Part shown: positions 28,053 to 38,738 of the stretch, in pieces
Position numbering within the stretch: position 1 is the first letter of the stretch
Layout of the letters: every line of letters begins with the position of its first letter
IMG/VR virus record: IMGVR_UViG_3300024999_000131
Coordinates: 1-55,287 of that record
Origin: a virus
Taxonomy: Duplodnaviria; Caudoviricetes
Strand: one strand, 5' to 3'
DNA length: 55,287 nucleotides
Translations under genes and position numbers: made by a program
The notes under the pieces: generated by a model
What the model was told of the DNA's origin: nothing
Database searches by the model: none
The model's input: the letters and a program-made list of their open reading frames with translations, nothing else

Positions 28053-28628
28053 GTGGATAGATTAAATATTTTCAAAACAGAACTCTCATACATATTAAAT
28101 CCTAAGATCAAAGAATTCACAGAAAAAGCTTTAAATAACTTACCAGAATATTTCTTCTCAATTCCTGCATCATCTTCAGGTAAATATCATCCGCAATATG
28201 CTTTGGGAGAGGGAGGTTTGGTGAAACATACCCAATCAGCAGTAAGAATTGCAATAGAAATGTTTAGATTAGATGTTTTTAAATATACCGAAGATGATAA
28301 AGACATAATTATAGCATCACTAATTTTACACGATGGATGTAAATCAGGATTAGATAATAGTTCTCATACCGTCACAGAACATCCATTAATTGTTGCAAAT
28401 ATGCTAAGAAATAATCAAGAAATAAATAGTTGTATAGACAAAGATACGTTGAATATGATTGTTGGTAATATTGAGTCGCATATGGGAAGTTGGTGTTTTG
28501 ATTATAAGACAAAGAAACAAGTGTTACCAAAACCAAAAAGTAAAATACAACACTTTGTACATTGGTGTGATTATTTGGCTAGTAGAAAATGTTTAGAATT
28601 CAATTTCGATGTTAAGGTTGTAAGATAA
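28053..28628 (+). CDS. HD-domain phosphohydrolase
   Basis: PASSSGKYHP...GGLVKHT...LILHDGCK...HMG...HWCDYLAS. Confidence 0.85.
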   Translation: MDRLNIFKTELSYILNPKIKEFTEKALNNLPEYFFSIPASSSGKYHPQYALGEGGLVKHTQSAVRIAIEMFRLDVFKYTEDDKDIIIASLILHDGCKSGLDNSSHTVTEHPLIVANMLRNNQEINSCIDKDTLNMIVGNIESHMGSWCFDYKTKKQVLPKPKSKIQHFVHWCDYLASRKCLEFNFDVKVVR

Positions 28629-28785
28629 AATAATAATAATAGGAAGGAAAGATGTTTATTAAAACAAAAGCATGGGGCCAAGTTCCTATCTGTAGAAGTA
28701 AGCCACCTCCTTCTTTCAATTATATTTTAATAAATCATGTGAATAGAATAATAAAATAAAATAATTGAAAGAAGGAATACATATA

Positions 28786-30027
28786 ATGGCAAAAAAAGAA
28801 GAGCAATTAGGTCTTAAAAAAGGGAAAGCACAATTCTTACTCATCGGAGAAGCAAAAGTTAATGACTATACTTTTACAATGGATAAAGATACTACTAAAT
28901 CAGATTGGGTTTGGAATCAAATGAATCTTGGTGTAGATTGTGGAAATGGCAATGTCATCTATTCAGATATGATGGGTGGTTACGGATCAGAAAGAGATAA
29001 TGTAGTATATGTTCATGGTATAAAAGAAGTAGATGGTAAAAAACAAGAAGACTTTGATAATAAATTCACCATTGATTGGGACGATAGATTTGACGAAACA
29101 ATTCTTGAGTCTGTAGCAGATTCTTGTTTCATTAAAGTTGGTTTAAAAAAAGATACAAAAGATAAGACATTCAAAAATAAATTTTTGTCTGCTTATGATG
29201 CAATTCAATACATACAGCAACATCTTGAAAATGGAATGGTTGTTAATGTTAAAGGGAAATTAAAATATCAAGCTTATAATGATAGTGTATCCATTAAAAA
29301 AGAAGTGTCTTCTATATTTCTATCTAAAGCTAAACCCGAAGAATATAAAGCAGTATTCACACAAACAATGCTCTGTGATGCCAGCGCAGTAGGTAAATTA
29401 GATAAAGAAAAAGCATCATTTCCAATTACAGGTTATGTAGTTGATTATGTTGGAAAATATGATGGGAAAGAAATCAAAAAAACAGTTGCGTTCACAAAGA
29501 CATTTGAATTAGAAGTTGATAAGGTAAAACCAGAAAACACAAAAAAATTCATTGCTAAGTTTTTAAATCCAGCAAAAAAAGGAACACTCGTAGAAGTCAC
29601 TGTAGAAGGAGAAATGCTTGAGGGGGCAAGTGTAGTAAGTATTACACTAGACGATCTTCCAGAAGATATTCGAGAACTTATTGAACTTAATGTTATCACA
29701 GAGGAAGAAGCTCTTAGTAAATGTGCAATTGGTGGAAATAAAGAAAAAAGAATGCTTATAAAAAGACCTTTAATTACATTTGAAGGCGAAGGAGAAACAA
29801 AAGTTCCAATTTTGGCAATCAATAAAGATAAATATAAAGAAAGTGATTTAGTTTTCCTTTCTCAATTTATTGAAGTTGAAGAAGAGAAGGAGGAAGAAAC
29901 AGAAAGCTTAGAAGAAAGTGTTACTAAATTTGAAAAAACATTAGATAAAAAAGAAGACGATGATGATACCGAAGAAGACGAAGTAGTTAATGATGATGCT
30001 GCTTGGATGAAACTGTTAGATGACTAA
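28786..30027 (+). CDS. Putative ssDNA-binding protein
   Basis: First gene of the replication cluster, OB-like beta-rich body, long acidic C-terminal tail. Confidence 0.55.
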   Translation: MAKKEEQLGLKKGKAQFLLIGEAKVNDYTFTMDKDTTKSDWVWNQMNLGVDCGNGNVIYSDMMGGYGSERDNVVYVHGIKEVDGKKQEDFDNKFTIDWDDRFDETILESVADSCFIKVGLKKDTKDKTFKNKFLSAYDAIQYIQQHLENGMVVNVKGKLKYQAYNDSVSIKKEVSSIFLSKAKPEEYKAVFTQTMLCDASAVGKLDKEKASFPITGYVVDYVGKYDGKEIKKTVAFTKTFELEVDKVKPENTKKFIAKFLNPAKKGTLVEVTVEGEMLEGASVVSITLDDLPEDIRELIELNVITEEEALSKCAIGGNKEKRMLIKRPLITFEGEGETKVPILAINKDKYKESDLVFLSQFIEVEEEKEEETESLEESVTKFEKTLDKKEDDDDTEEDEVVNDDAAWMKLLDD

Positions 30028-30042
30028 TTAATATTAAATTAA

Positions 30043-30069
30043 TATCAGGAGGTTAAATACCTCCTGATA
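30043..30069. terminator. Hairpin, possible terminator or processing site
   Basis: TATCAGGAGG-ttaaata-CCTCCTGATA. Confidence 0.5.
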
Positions 30070-30120
30070 AACAAAATAATTATAGAAATAAAATAATAAA
30101 ATATAAAGGGGATTGAATAA

Positions 30121-31122
30121 ATGGGTTTTCAGAAAAAAGAAGAGATTTTAGCATATGTTGGTGGGAAAGTATTAGCGTTTGGGGCTACGGGTTCAGGAAA
30201 ATCAACTTTTGCAGGAACATTCCCAAATATTAACTTAGTAGATAGTGAAGATGGTAATACATATTATCTTGAAAGCAATCCTAATATTCTTGGTATTATG
30301 CGTACAACATCTGCATCAGAAGTTCAAGACACATTAGATGAATTAAATGACGAAGAAGCATTGAAAGAATTTGATACTATTTCAATCGATAGTGGAACAA
30401 AATTATATGAAAATATGCAATCGGCAGCTTACGAAGTTGTAGAAAAAAGATCACGAAAACAAGTTAGAAAAGGCAAAGACATTGATTTAGAGGATTTAAA
30501 TTTGAGTCAACGTGATTGGGGCCATATCAAGAGATGGAATCAAGCATTAAAAACAGCTTACATTATGTTTTCATCACAAGGAAAATGGGTTGTTGAGGTT
30601 GCCCATCAGAAAGATGTTTTTAGAGATCCTACAGATGACGAAAAGAAAAAGGGTATCGATAGGGTTAAAATTGGGGAAGCACCAGATTTAGCTAAAAAAG
30701 CAGATTATGATTTTGATATTGTAATTCAAATGTTTACCAAAGAAGATAAAGATGGCAATGTAACTTACTTTGGAAAAATCTATAAAGATAGAACAGGAGT
30801 AACAAAAAAAGGAGAAATCATAGAAAATCCTTCTTTTGAAATTTGGAGAGCCAAATGGGAGAGTACAAAGAAATTCGGAGTGAAAAAAGCTGTAGATTTA
30901 TCAGTAGGAGTAAATAAAGACAAAGAATCCATGGAAATAGAGGATGAAAAAGCAGAAGATATTTCTAATAATATTAAATCACTTCTTAAAAATAGTTCAG
31001 AAGAGAATCAAAAAAAAATAGGCAAGAAAATGAGGGATTTAGAAATTAACATTAAAGATTTAATTAATAATGATCTTGAGAAACTTACAGAAGTTCTAGA
31101 GTTCGCCACAATGCTTAAATAA
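30121..31122 (+). CDS. AAA_24-type ATPase (Sak4-like recombination protein)
   Basis: GATGSGKST Walker A, DSEDG, IDSGT, KDRTG. Confidence 0.8.
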   Translation: MGFQKKEEILAYVGGKVLAFGATGSGKSTFAGTFPNINLVDSEDGNTYYLESNPNILGIMRTTSASEVQDTLDELNDEEALKEFDTISIDSGTKLYENMQSAAYEVVEKRSRKQVRKGKDIDLEDLNLSQRDWGHIKRWNQALKTAYIMFSSQGKWVVEVAHQKDVFRDPTDDEKKKGIDRVKIGEAPDLAKKADYDFDIVIQMFTKEDKDGNVTYFGKIYKDRTGVTKKGEIIENPSFEIWRAKWESTKKFGVKKAVDLSVGVNKDKESMEIEDEKAEDISNNIKSLLKNSSEENQKKIGKKMRDLEINIKDLINNDLEKLTEVLEFATMLK

Positions 31123-31135
31123 ATACATCTTTTTT

Positions 31136-31169
31136 AATAAGGGGTTATTGTCTTTAATAACCCCTTATT
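31136..31169. terminator. Hairpin, possible terminator
   Basis: AATAAGGGGTTATT-gtcttt-AATAACCCCTTATT. Confidence 0.55.
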
Positions 31170-31193
31170 CCTATAAACTATTGAGGTGATTTA

Positions 31194-31658
31194 ATGGAAG
31201 AAAAATTAACTAAGAAACAAGAACAGATAGACTGGTTAATATTATGTGACTACATTTTTAAAGAAATTCTACAATATGAAACAGGTTTAAAATTTCCAAA
31301 GTATTTAGCACTAAGACTTAAAGGATTACATAAAGGAACGTTTATGGCGAACAAAAAGCAAAAACCACAAGCAAGTTATGATTACAAAATAATGTTAATT
31401 ACTTGTAAATATTGTAAATATACTATTTTACAATACATAGGGCCAAATAGAGAGAAAATTAAGGATGAACGACATCTTATAAACACAATAATGCTTATTA
31501 TTGAAGGGGAAATAAACAATGTTGTATCAAGATTAAAAAATTCTAAGAAGGCAGAAGAAAAAACAGTAAATATAGAATTGGAAAATCAAATACATGAAGG
31601 AGCTGAATATAAGTCAAAAAGTAAAAATGTTAATAAAGAATTAGAGGGGTTATGGTAA
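31194..31658 (+). CDS. Hypothetical replication-cluster protein
   Basis: Abuts the helicase start; position typical of SPbeta-like phages. Confidence 0.7.
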   Translation: MEEKLTKKQEQIDWLILCDYIFKEILQYETGLKFPKYLALRLKGLHKGTFMANKKQKPQASYDYKIMLITCKYCKYTILQYIGPNREKIKDERHLINTIMLIIEGEINNVVSRLKNSKKAEEKTVNIELENQIHEGAEYKSKSKNVNKELEGLW

Positions 31659-33179
31659 ATGGTCGTAGCAAAGAAGACAAAATCAACTACAAAAAAAGAA
31701 CCAACTGCTTACGAAACAGAACTTATAAATGCTGTACAAAAAATTAAAGAATTTAAATTAAATTGTGAAGCAAATATAGTCAGTATCATGTACAAGAATC
31801 CAGAATTAATCTATACAAATGAAAAAATGAGAGTTGAAGATTTTAGTAATAATATTTGGAGAGTTTATTTCAATATAGCTTATGATATTGTAATAAAAGA
31901 AAAAAAACAATCATTAGACGAAATAACTGTTGGTTTATATCTTGAAAAACATGATAAATTAAAAGTTAAGTATGATGAATATAATGGATATGAAACGATT
32001 GAAAAAGCTAAAGAGTATGTTAAGGAAGAAAATTTAATTGGTTATATTGAAGAATTATATAAGTGGAATTCCGTATTGGGATTATTGAAGGCAAAATTTC
32101 CAGTATATGATCAACTTAGTAAGTTTGTTGATATGAACCAAGAGGAAATATATGCATATTATGAAACTCATTTGAATCATATATTTATCAATGTCGAAGG
32201 AGAAGTAAAAAGTTATAATATTGCAGATGAAATAGATGAGTTAATAGAAGAGCTAGATAAAGGATTTGCAGTTGGTTTATCTTATCATAATCTTCCGATG
32301 GTTACTAAGGAGACAGGTGGTATGTTATGTGGAAACATTACTTTAATAGGAGGGCTATCTAATGTAGGAAAATCATCTATTGCTAGAAATGCTATTATTC
32401 AAAGCATCATAGATAATAAAGAAAAAATAGTAATTATGCTTAATGAAGATGGATTAAAGAAGTGGCAGAGGGAATACATTGTATATATTTGCAATAATAT
32501 TCTTAAAGAAGATATCCAAAAATATATTGTTAGAGATGGAAAGTATAGTGAAAAATTAAAAGAAACTTTATTTAAAGCTGCTGAAATTATAAAACAACAA
32601 AAGGAAAGTAAAGCAATCACTATTATTCCATTTCAAAGATATTCAACAGCGAAGGCAATCAAAATAATTAAGAAATATTCTAGTCTTGGTGTTACCCAAT
32701 TTATGATAGACACATTTAAAAATGATGCTGGTAAAGTTTCTGATAATGCATGGTTAGAAATGATGCAAAACATGGTTGAAATATACGATGTTGTAAAACC
32801 AGAATCAAAAAACCTACATATTACAATTACATTTCAATTAGAAAAAGGTAAAACAGCAAGACAGAGATTTTATAGTCAAGATAATATTGGTATGAGTAAA
32901 AATATGATTGATCCTGCGTCAACTTGTATTATGGTAAGAAATATCTTTGAAGACGAATATCCAGGTGGTAAGAATGAGTTAAAAGTATTTAGATTAGAAG
33001 GTAAAAATGGGAAAACAAAGATTCCAGTAACATTAAGTAGAGATAAGAATTATCAAATATTATTTATAGTTAAGAACAGAGAAGGATCTGCTAATACATA
33101 TCAAATAGTCATAGAACATGATCTTTCTCGTAATTTGCTTAAAGAGGTAGGAATTACTTCTGTACCAGTAGACTTTTAG
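31659..33179 (+). CDS. DnaB-like replicative helicase
   Basis: GGLSNVGKS Walker A, FMIDT, TFQL, KNREG motifs. Confidence 0.85.
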   Translation: MVVAKKTKSTTKKEPTAYETELINAVQKIKEFKLNCEANIVSIMYKNPELIYTNEKMRVEDFSNNIWRVYFNIAYDIVIKEKKQSLDEITVGLYLEKHDKLKVKYDEYNGYETIEKAKEYVKEENLIGYIEELYKWNSVLGLLKAKFPVYDQLSKFVDMNQEEIYAYYETHLNHIFINVEGEVKSYNIADEIDELIEELDKGFAVGLSYHNLPMVTKETGGMLCGNITLIGGLSNVGKSSIARNAIIQSIIDNKEKIVIMLNEDGLKKWQREYIVYICNNILKEDIQKYIVRDGKYSEKLKETLFKAAEIIKQQKESKAITIIPFQRYSTAKAIKIIKKYSSLGVTQFMIDTFKNDAGKVSDNAWLEMMQNMVEIYDVVKPESKNLHITITFQLEKGKTARQRFYSQDNIGMSKNMIDPASTCIMVRNIFEDEYPGGKNELKVFRLEGKNGKTKIPVTLSRDKNYQILFIVKNREGSANTYQIVIEHDLSRNLLKEVGITSVPVDF

Positions 33180-33201
33180 AAAAGTAGGTGAACATACTTG
33201 A

Positions 33202-34281
33202 ATGACCTCTATTGAGCTTAAACAATACATATTAGAGAATAATAAATTACAAGAAATATTAAAATCACTAGATTGTCATGGTATTAAGGAATATACAAAA
33301 GAGTATAGATCAGGATTGCCTAATCATACATCTAATAATAATATTGCTATAAACAAAGAAACATTATCTACTAAGATATTTCAATCTGATAGTGATATTA
33401 TTAGAGGTGATATATTGACATTAGTAATGACAATTAAAAATATATCATTTCCAAAGGCAAATAAATATTTACATAAATTATTAGGGTTGGAGTACAATTT
33501 TAAAATAAAAGAAGATAAACCTGATAAAAAAGATCCATTGAACGTATTCAAAAAGGTTAAAAGGAAACGATGCGTTGTTAATCTAGATGAGCTTGAGACA
33601 TACGATGATAGTATCATTAAAGAATATACACCATTGGTTCACATCTCGTGGCTTAGAGAGGGCATTCTGCCTTTTACATGTGATGTATTTAAGATAGGAT
33701 ATAGCGCAGAAAAGAAAAGAATAGTTATACCAACAAGATATTGGTGTGGAGAAGAAAACGACTTCATAGGAATTATGGGTCGAACAACAATTAATGAATG
33801 GGAAATGTTGGATATACCAAAATATTTTCCACTCAAAAAATATTTCAAGTCGCTTAATATTTATGGACTTCAAGAAAATTATAAAACTATTCAAGAATCA
33901 GGTTTCTGTGTAGTTGCAGAATCACAAAAATCTGTTTTAAAAAGACATAGTAGAAAAGATGGTACGGTAGTAGCAATTGAAAGTCATGATATGTCTCCAG
34001 AACAAGTAATAATATTAATAGGACTAAATATTGATATAGTAATTGCAATGGACGTAGGAGTAGATTTACATCATATTAGAAGTATGTGTGAAAAATTTTA
34101 TGGTATACGAAATATTTATTACATTTATGATAAATATAATTTGTTAAAAGACAAACAAGCCCCTATGGACGCACCTAATAAAATATATGAATACTTATTT
34201 AAATACAAAATTTTGTATGATGAAATAGAACATAAAAAATATATTAAAGAGAGGGATAAAAGACTTGAGAAAACAGTTTGA
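33202..34281 (+). CDS. DNA primase (TOPRIM)
   Basis: RIVIP, GIMGRT, LYGL-like NIYGL, VAESQKSV, IAMDVG; follows the helicase. Confidence 0.8.
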   Translation: MTSIELKQYILENNKLQEILKSLDCHGIKEYTKEYRSGLPNHTSNNNIAINKETLSTKIFQSDSDIIRGDILTLVMTIKNISFPKANKYLHKLLGLEYNFKIKEDKPDKKDPLNVFKKVKRKRCVVNLDELETYDDSIIKEYTPLVHISWLREGILPFTCDVFKIGYSAEKKRIVIPTRYWCGEENDFIGIMGRTTINEWEMLDIPKYFPLKKYFKSLNIYGLQENYKTIQESGFCVVAESQKSVLKRHSRKDGTVVAIESHDMSPEQVIILIGLNIDIVIAMDVGVDLHHIRSMCEKFYGIRNIYYIYDKYNLLKDKQAPMDAPNKIYEYLFKYKILYDEIEHKKYIKERDKRLEKTV

Positions 34282-35416
34282 AGAAATTCAATTAATAGCA
34301 AATAAATTAGATTGTGACGAGATATATTCTTGGTCAAAATATAATCAATATAAAGGAGATACGTACACTTTCTTCTTACGATATATACTTAAAATACCAG
34401 AGGACAGAAAAGATTCAATATATGGAGTATTTGGCAACGCATCTCATGATATATTAGAGAAATATTATAATAAAGAAATATCATATGAAAATATGATAGA
34501 AATATTTGAAGAAAAACTATTTGAATTTACTATTGGTGGACTTAAATATAATAGAAGTGATGAAGACAAAAATAATAAAATAGGAAATAAATATGAATCA
34601 TGTATGAGACACTTCTTTAAAAATCATCAACAAATTCCATATAAATTAAAGTGTGAGGTGTTTGTTCCTATAAAAATAAATAATATATTAATTCAAGCTT
34701 ATATTGATGCTATACATATGGAAAAAAGAGATGATAAAGACATTTTCGTAATTACTGACTTTAAAACTTCAAGTATATATAAAGGTAAAAAGATTGATAA
34801 AGAAAAAGGCCAGCTCATCCTTTATTCATACGGTGTCCACAAAAAGTTAAACATACCAATGTATCAAATTGTAGCTAGATGGGCGTTCCTCAAATATGTT
34901 GAAGTGGAATGTATGCAAGCTAATGGCAAATTAAAAAATCGTATTATTGAAAGAAATGATATAGGAAATAGTTTATCTTCAAATGCTAAGATGTGGTTAA
35001 AGAAATCAGATAGTAAATTTTCAGAAGAACAAATTGATGATTATCTTAGTCAAATGATAGTTGATAATTCTATAGATTGTTTACCCGAAGATATTAAAAG
35101 TAAATTTTTAGTTAAAGATTGCTATATTGAAATATCTTTAGATGATGAATCAATTCAAGAATTACTCGATGATATTGTAAAGACAGTAAAAGAAATAAAA
35201 ATAAAACAAGAAGAGTATAAAACAACATTGGATAATAAAATATGGTGGCAAGATGTTACAGATACAGAAAGTTATTTCTTAGCGAATTTGAATGGATATT
35301 CATCAAAAATACATGCTCCATATAAGGCATATCTTGATACTTTAGACATGTTTAAAAATAAAGATAATAAGGTTGATGAAAATGATTTAACGTGGATGGA
35401 AGGACTTATGGATTAG
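34265..35416 (+). CDS. PD-(D/E)xK exonuclease (RecB/Cas4-like)
   Basis: YSWS...GNASHDILE...E...YIDAI...ITDFKTS...QLILY. Confidence 0.8.
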   Translation: MRKQFEEIQLIANKLDCDEIYSWSKYNQYKGDTYTFFLRYILKIPEDRKDSIYGVFGNASHDILEKYYNKEISYENMIEIFEEKLFEFTIGGLKYNRSDEDKNNKIGNKYESCMRHFFKNHQQIPYKLKCEVFVPIKINNILIQAYIDAIHMEKRDDKDIFVITDFKTSSIYKGKKIDKEKGQLILYSYGVHKKLNIPMYQIVARWAFLKYVEVECMQANGKLKNRIIERNDIGNSLSSNAKMWLKKSDSKFSEEQIDDYLSQMIVDNSIDCLPEDIKSKFLVKDCYIEISLDDESIQELLDDIVKTVKEIKIKQEEYKTTLDNKIWWQDVTDTESYFLANLNGYSSKIHAPYKAYLDTLDMFKNKDNKVDENDLTWMEGLMD

Positions 35417-35426
35417 GAGGAGTAAT

Positions 35427-38400
35427 ATGAATAATTATATTAGATACCATATTCATGATGATACAAGTAATTGTAATGGTTATTCTGATTCGTGTACTAG
35501 TTATAAAGAGTATATTAAACTTGCTAAAAAAGAAAAATGTAAAGCATTAGCGTTTTCTAACCATGGAGGAATGTACGATTGGATAAAAAAGAAACAGGAT
35601 TGCGATAAGGCAGGAATTAAATACATACATGGCATTGAATCATACTTATGTACTAAATTCGAAGCAGATGAAAGAGGATATCATATTGGATTATATGCCA
35701 AGAATTATGATGGAGTATTAGAATTAAACACTTTAAATTCCAAATCTACTTCCAAAGGAAAATTAGATGACAAAACAGATAGGCATATGTATTATAATCC
35801 TAGAATATCATTTGAAGAATTAATGAATACAAGTGAAAATATTATAATTACAACTGCTTGTTTAGCATCAATATTATGGAGAAAAAAAGATGACGAAGAT
35901 AGTTATGTACAAAGATTTCTAGAGTGGATGTCTAAAAATAGTCATAGATGTTTCTTAGAGATCCAGTACCACACACACGAACATCAAATAGAATACAATA
36001 AATTACTGTGGGGCTGGAGTAAACAATATAATATACCTCTAATAGCTGGTACAGATACACATTCATCTTCAAAATATAAAGCAGAGTGTAGAAAAATTCT
36101 CCAAATATCAAAAGATAGTTTCTACGGAGAAGAAGATGAATTTGACCTTACTTGGAAAAGTTTTGATGAATTGGTTGAATGTTTTAGAATTCAAAATGCG
36201 TTGCCCGAAGAGGTATGGATGGAAGCTATATCTAACACAAATAAATTTGCTGATATGGTTGAAGAATTTAAATTAGACAAATCATTTAAATATCCTAATT
36301 TATACGGAAACAACGCAGTAGATATTTGGAAAGAAACTATTTCGAAAAAGTTTAAAGCAAAAAAGGATAATAATATTCTTGATTTAACTAAATTAGATGA
36401 GTATAAGAAAAAAATAAATGAAGAATTTGAAGCAATGAAAAAACAAAATATGGAAAGCTTTATGATGTTTATGTCTGAATTAGTTGATTACTGTAATGAG
36501 AATGAAATACCATATGGGTTTTGTCGTGGTTCTGTTGGTGGTAGTGAAGTTGCTTTTATTACAGATATTACTGATGTAGATCCTATCAGATGGAATACTG
36601 TTTTTTCAAGATTTTGTAATGCTGATAGAGTTTCTCTCGCAGATATTGATATAGATTTCGCTCCAGAGGATCGTGTAAAAGTTTATGAATATATTATCAA
36701 AAGATTTACACCAGAGAAAACGGCATATATATCAGCATTTTCAACTTTAAGAGATAGAGGAACTATTGATGTATTAGCAAAAGGTTTAAAATATGAAAAT
36801 TTAGATGTGGTAATGGATATTAAAAATCAATTTGATAAACTATTTGATGAGTATTTCAAAATAATTCAAGAAGAAGTTAATCTAGAAGAATTAGATGAAC
36901 AGGATGCTAAGTCCGTAGATTTTGACTATCATGAAGTTTATTGTAATCGAATAAGAAATAATAAAGCATTGACAAGAGTTAATACTTTAAAAAAAGAATT
37001 CAAAAATTTAAAAGATAATAATAAGGATTTATTTTATTATTTTGACGGTTTGAAAGGAACTATTATAGCTAAAGGTACTCATCCAGCAGGTATTATTGGT
37101 TCTCCAATTACACTTGCAGATAATCTAGGAGTTTATTATAAAGATGGGAATGAATCTCAACCTGTATCAATATGTTCGATGAAAGCAGTAGATTCAGTAA
37201 ATTTTGTGAAATTTGATATTCTAGGATTAAAAACTGTTGGTATAATGAAAGATGTATATAAATCAATAGGTTCTCATTATCTTAAAGCTCATGAAATTGA
37301 TTGGAATGATAATAAAGTTTGGGATAATATGATTACTTCTAGTGTAGGTGTGTTTCAATTTGAAGGAGATTATGCTTTTTCGTTACTTAAAGATTTTAAA
37401 CCTAGATTTATTAATGATATGTCTTTGGTAAATGCTGCGCTACGTCCATCTGGTAAATCATATAGAGATAGATTAATTAAAAAAGAACTTAATATAAATC
37501 CTTCTGAACAATTGGATAATTTATTGAAAGATAATTATGGGTATTTAGTATATCAAGAAGATACTATTAAATTTCTAACAGATATTTGTGGATTTAGTGG
37601 ATCTTTAGCAGATACCACTAGAAGAGCAATCGGAAAAAAAGACATAGTTTTGCTCAACGAACAATTGCCAAAAATTCTTGAAGGATATTGTGATAAATCA
37701 GATAAATCAAGGGAAACAGCAGAAGAAGAGGTAAAACAATTTCTACAAATTATCGACGATTCTTCTGAATATCAATTTGGATATAATCATTCTACTGGTT
37801 ACAGTATGAATGGATATGCAGAGACTAGATTAAGAACTTATTACCCGTTAGAATTTGCTACTGCTTACTTAGATAGAGCAGAAAACAAAGAAGATACAAA
37901 TAGAGGGGTGTCATTAGCTAACCAATTAAATGCAAAAATTAATCCTATTTCATTTGGTAAATCAATCGCAAAATACACATTTGATAAAAAAGAAAATAGT
38001 ATTTATAAAGGTATTTCTTCAATTAAATTTCTTAACGAACAAGTGCCAAATGAATTATATGCTTTAGCACAACAAAAAAATTATACAGATTTTATTGAGT
38101 TATTAAGTGATATAAAAAATACATCAGTAAATTCTCGTCAACTTAAAATATTAACTGGATTAAATTTCTTTAGATGTTTCGGAAAAAATAAAAAACTTCT
38201 TCAAATTATAGAACTATATGATAAGTTTGCTTATTCCAAACAAATTAATTTTAAAGATATAGAAAAACTTAAAATTAATGAAGAAATTTTAAAAAAATAT
38301 TCACAAAAAACAACAAAAACCCTTTATAAAGAATTGAATATGATTGAATATATTAAAGAGATAATTAAAGACATTGAAGACAAACCATTATCAATTAAAG

Positions 38401-38723
38401 AACAAGTAAAATTCGAAATGGAATTCCTTGAATATACAGAATATGTCAACGAGAATGCAGGAGATAAATTTTATATAATTATTAAGTATGAAGTATATAA
38501 GGATAAAACTAAACCATATGTCACATTACGCCAAATAAATAATGGAAAAGAAATGAAAACAAAAATCAAAGATGGAAAGATATTTTCTCAAAACCCATTC
38601 AAGTTGTACGATGTCTTAAAAGTTAATGAATTTAAGACACAAAAGAAAACTAAGAACGTGGGTGGAAAGTGGATGAAATCAGACGAAGACGAAGAAATCC
38701 TTATCAATTATGATGTATATTAG
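35427..38723 (+). CDS. dnaE: DNA polymerase III alpha subunit (family C)
   Basis: PHP domain (HIH, NHG, TDTH), RGSVGGS, ADIDIDF, HPAG, VKFDILGL, YQED, FGYNHSTGY. Confidence 0.95.
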   Translation: MNNYIRYHIHDDTSNCNGYSDSCTSYKEYIKLAKKEKCKALAFSNHGGMYDWIKKKQDCDKAGIKYIHGIESYLCTKFEADERGYHIGLYAKNYDGVLELNTLNSKSTSKGKLDDKTDRHMYYNPRISFEELMNTSENIIITTACLASILWRKKDDEDSYVQRFLEWMSKNSHRCFLEIQYHTHEHQIEYNKLLWGWSKQYNIPLIAGTDTHSSSKYKAECRKILQISKDSFYGEEDEFDLTWKSFDELVECFRIQNALPEEVWMEAISNTNKFADMVEEFKLDKSFKYPNLYGNNAVDIWKETISKKFKAKKDNNILDLTKLDEYKKKINEEFEAMKKQNMESFMMFMSELVDYCNENEIPYGFCRGSVGGSEVAFITDITDVDPIRWNTVFSRFCNADRVSLADIDIDFAPEDRVKVYEYIIKRFTPEKTAYISAFSTLRDRGTIDVLAKGLKYENLDVVMDIKNQFDKLFDEYFKIIQEEVNLEELDEQDAKSVDFDYHEVYCNRIRNNKALTRVNTLKKEFKNLKDNNKDLFYYFDGLKGTIIAKGTHPAGIIGSPITLADNLGVYYKDGNESQPVSICSMKAVDSVNFVKFDILGLKTVGIMKDVYKSIGSHYLKAHEIDWNDNKVWDNMITSSVGVFQFEGDYAFSLLKDFKPRFINDMSLVNAALRPSGKSYRDRLIKKELNINPSEQLDNLLKDNYGYLVYQEDTIKFLTDICGFSGSLADTTRRAIGKKDIVLLNEQLPKILEGYCDKSDKSRETAEEEVKQFLQIIDDSSEYQFGYNHSTGYSMNGYAETRLRTYYPLEFATAYLDRAENKEDTNRGVSLANQLNAKINPISFGKSIAKYTFDKKENSIYKGISSIKFLNEQVPNELYALAQQKNYTDFIELLSDIKNTSVNSRQLKILTGLNFFRCFGKNKKLLQIIELYDKFAYSKQINFKDIEKLKINEEILKKYSQKTTKTLYKELNMIEYIKEIIKDIEDKPLSIKEQVKFEMEFLEYTEYVNENAGDKFYIIIKYEVYKDKTKPYVTLRQINNGKEMKTKIKDGKIFSQNPFKLYDVLKVNEFKTQKKTKNVGGKWMKSDEDEEILINYDVY

Positions 38724-38738
38724 AAAGCAGGTAATTAA

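Noticed and set aside
28640-28720. Possible riboswitch or sRNA upstream of the SSB-like gene
   Set aside because: Only loose purine/pyrimidine complementarity, with no recognisable family consensus.
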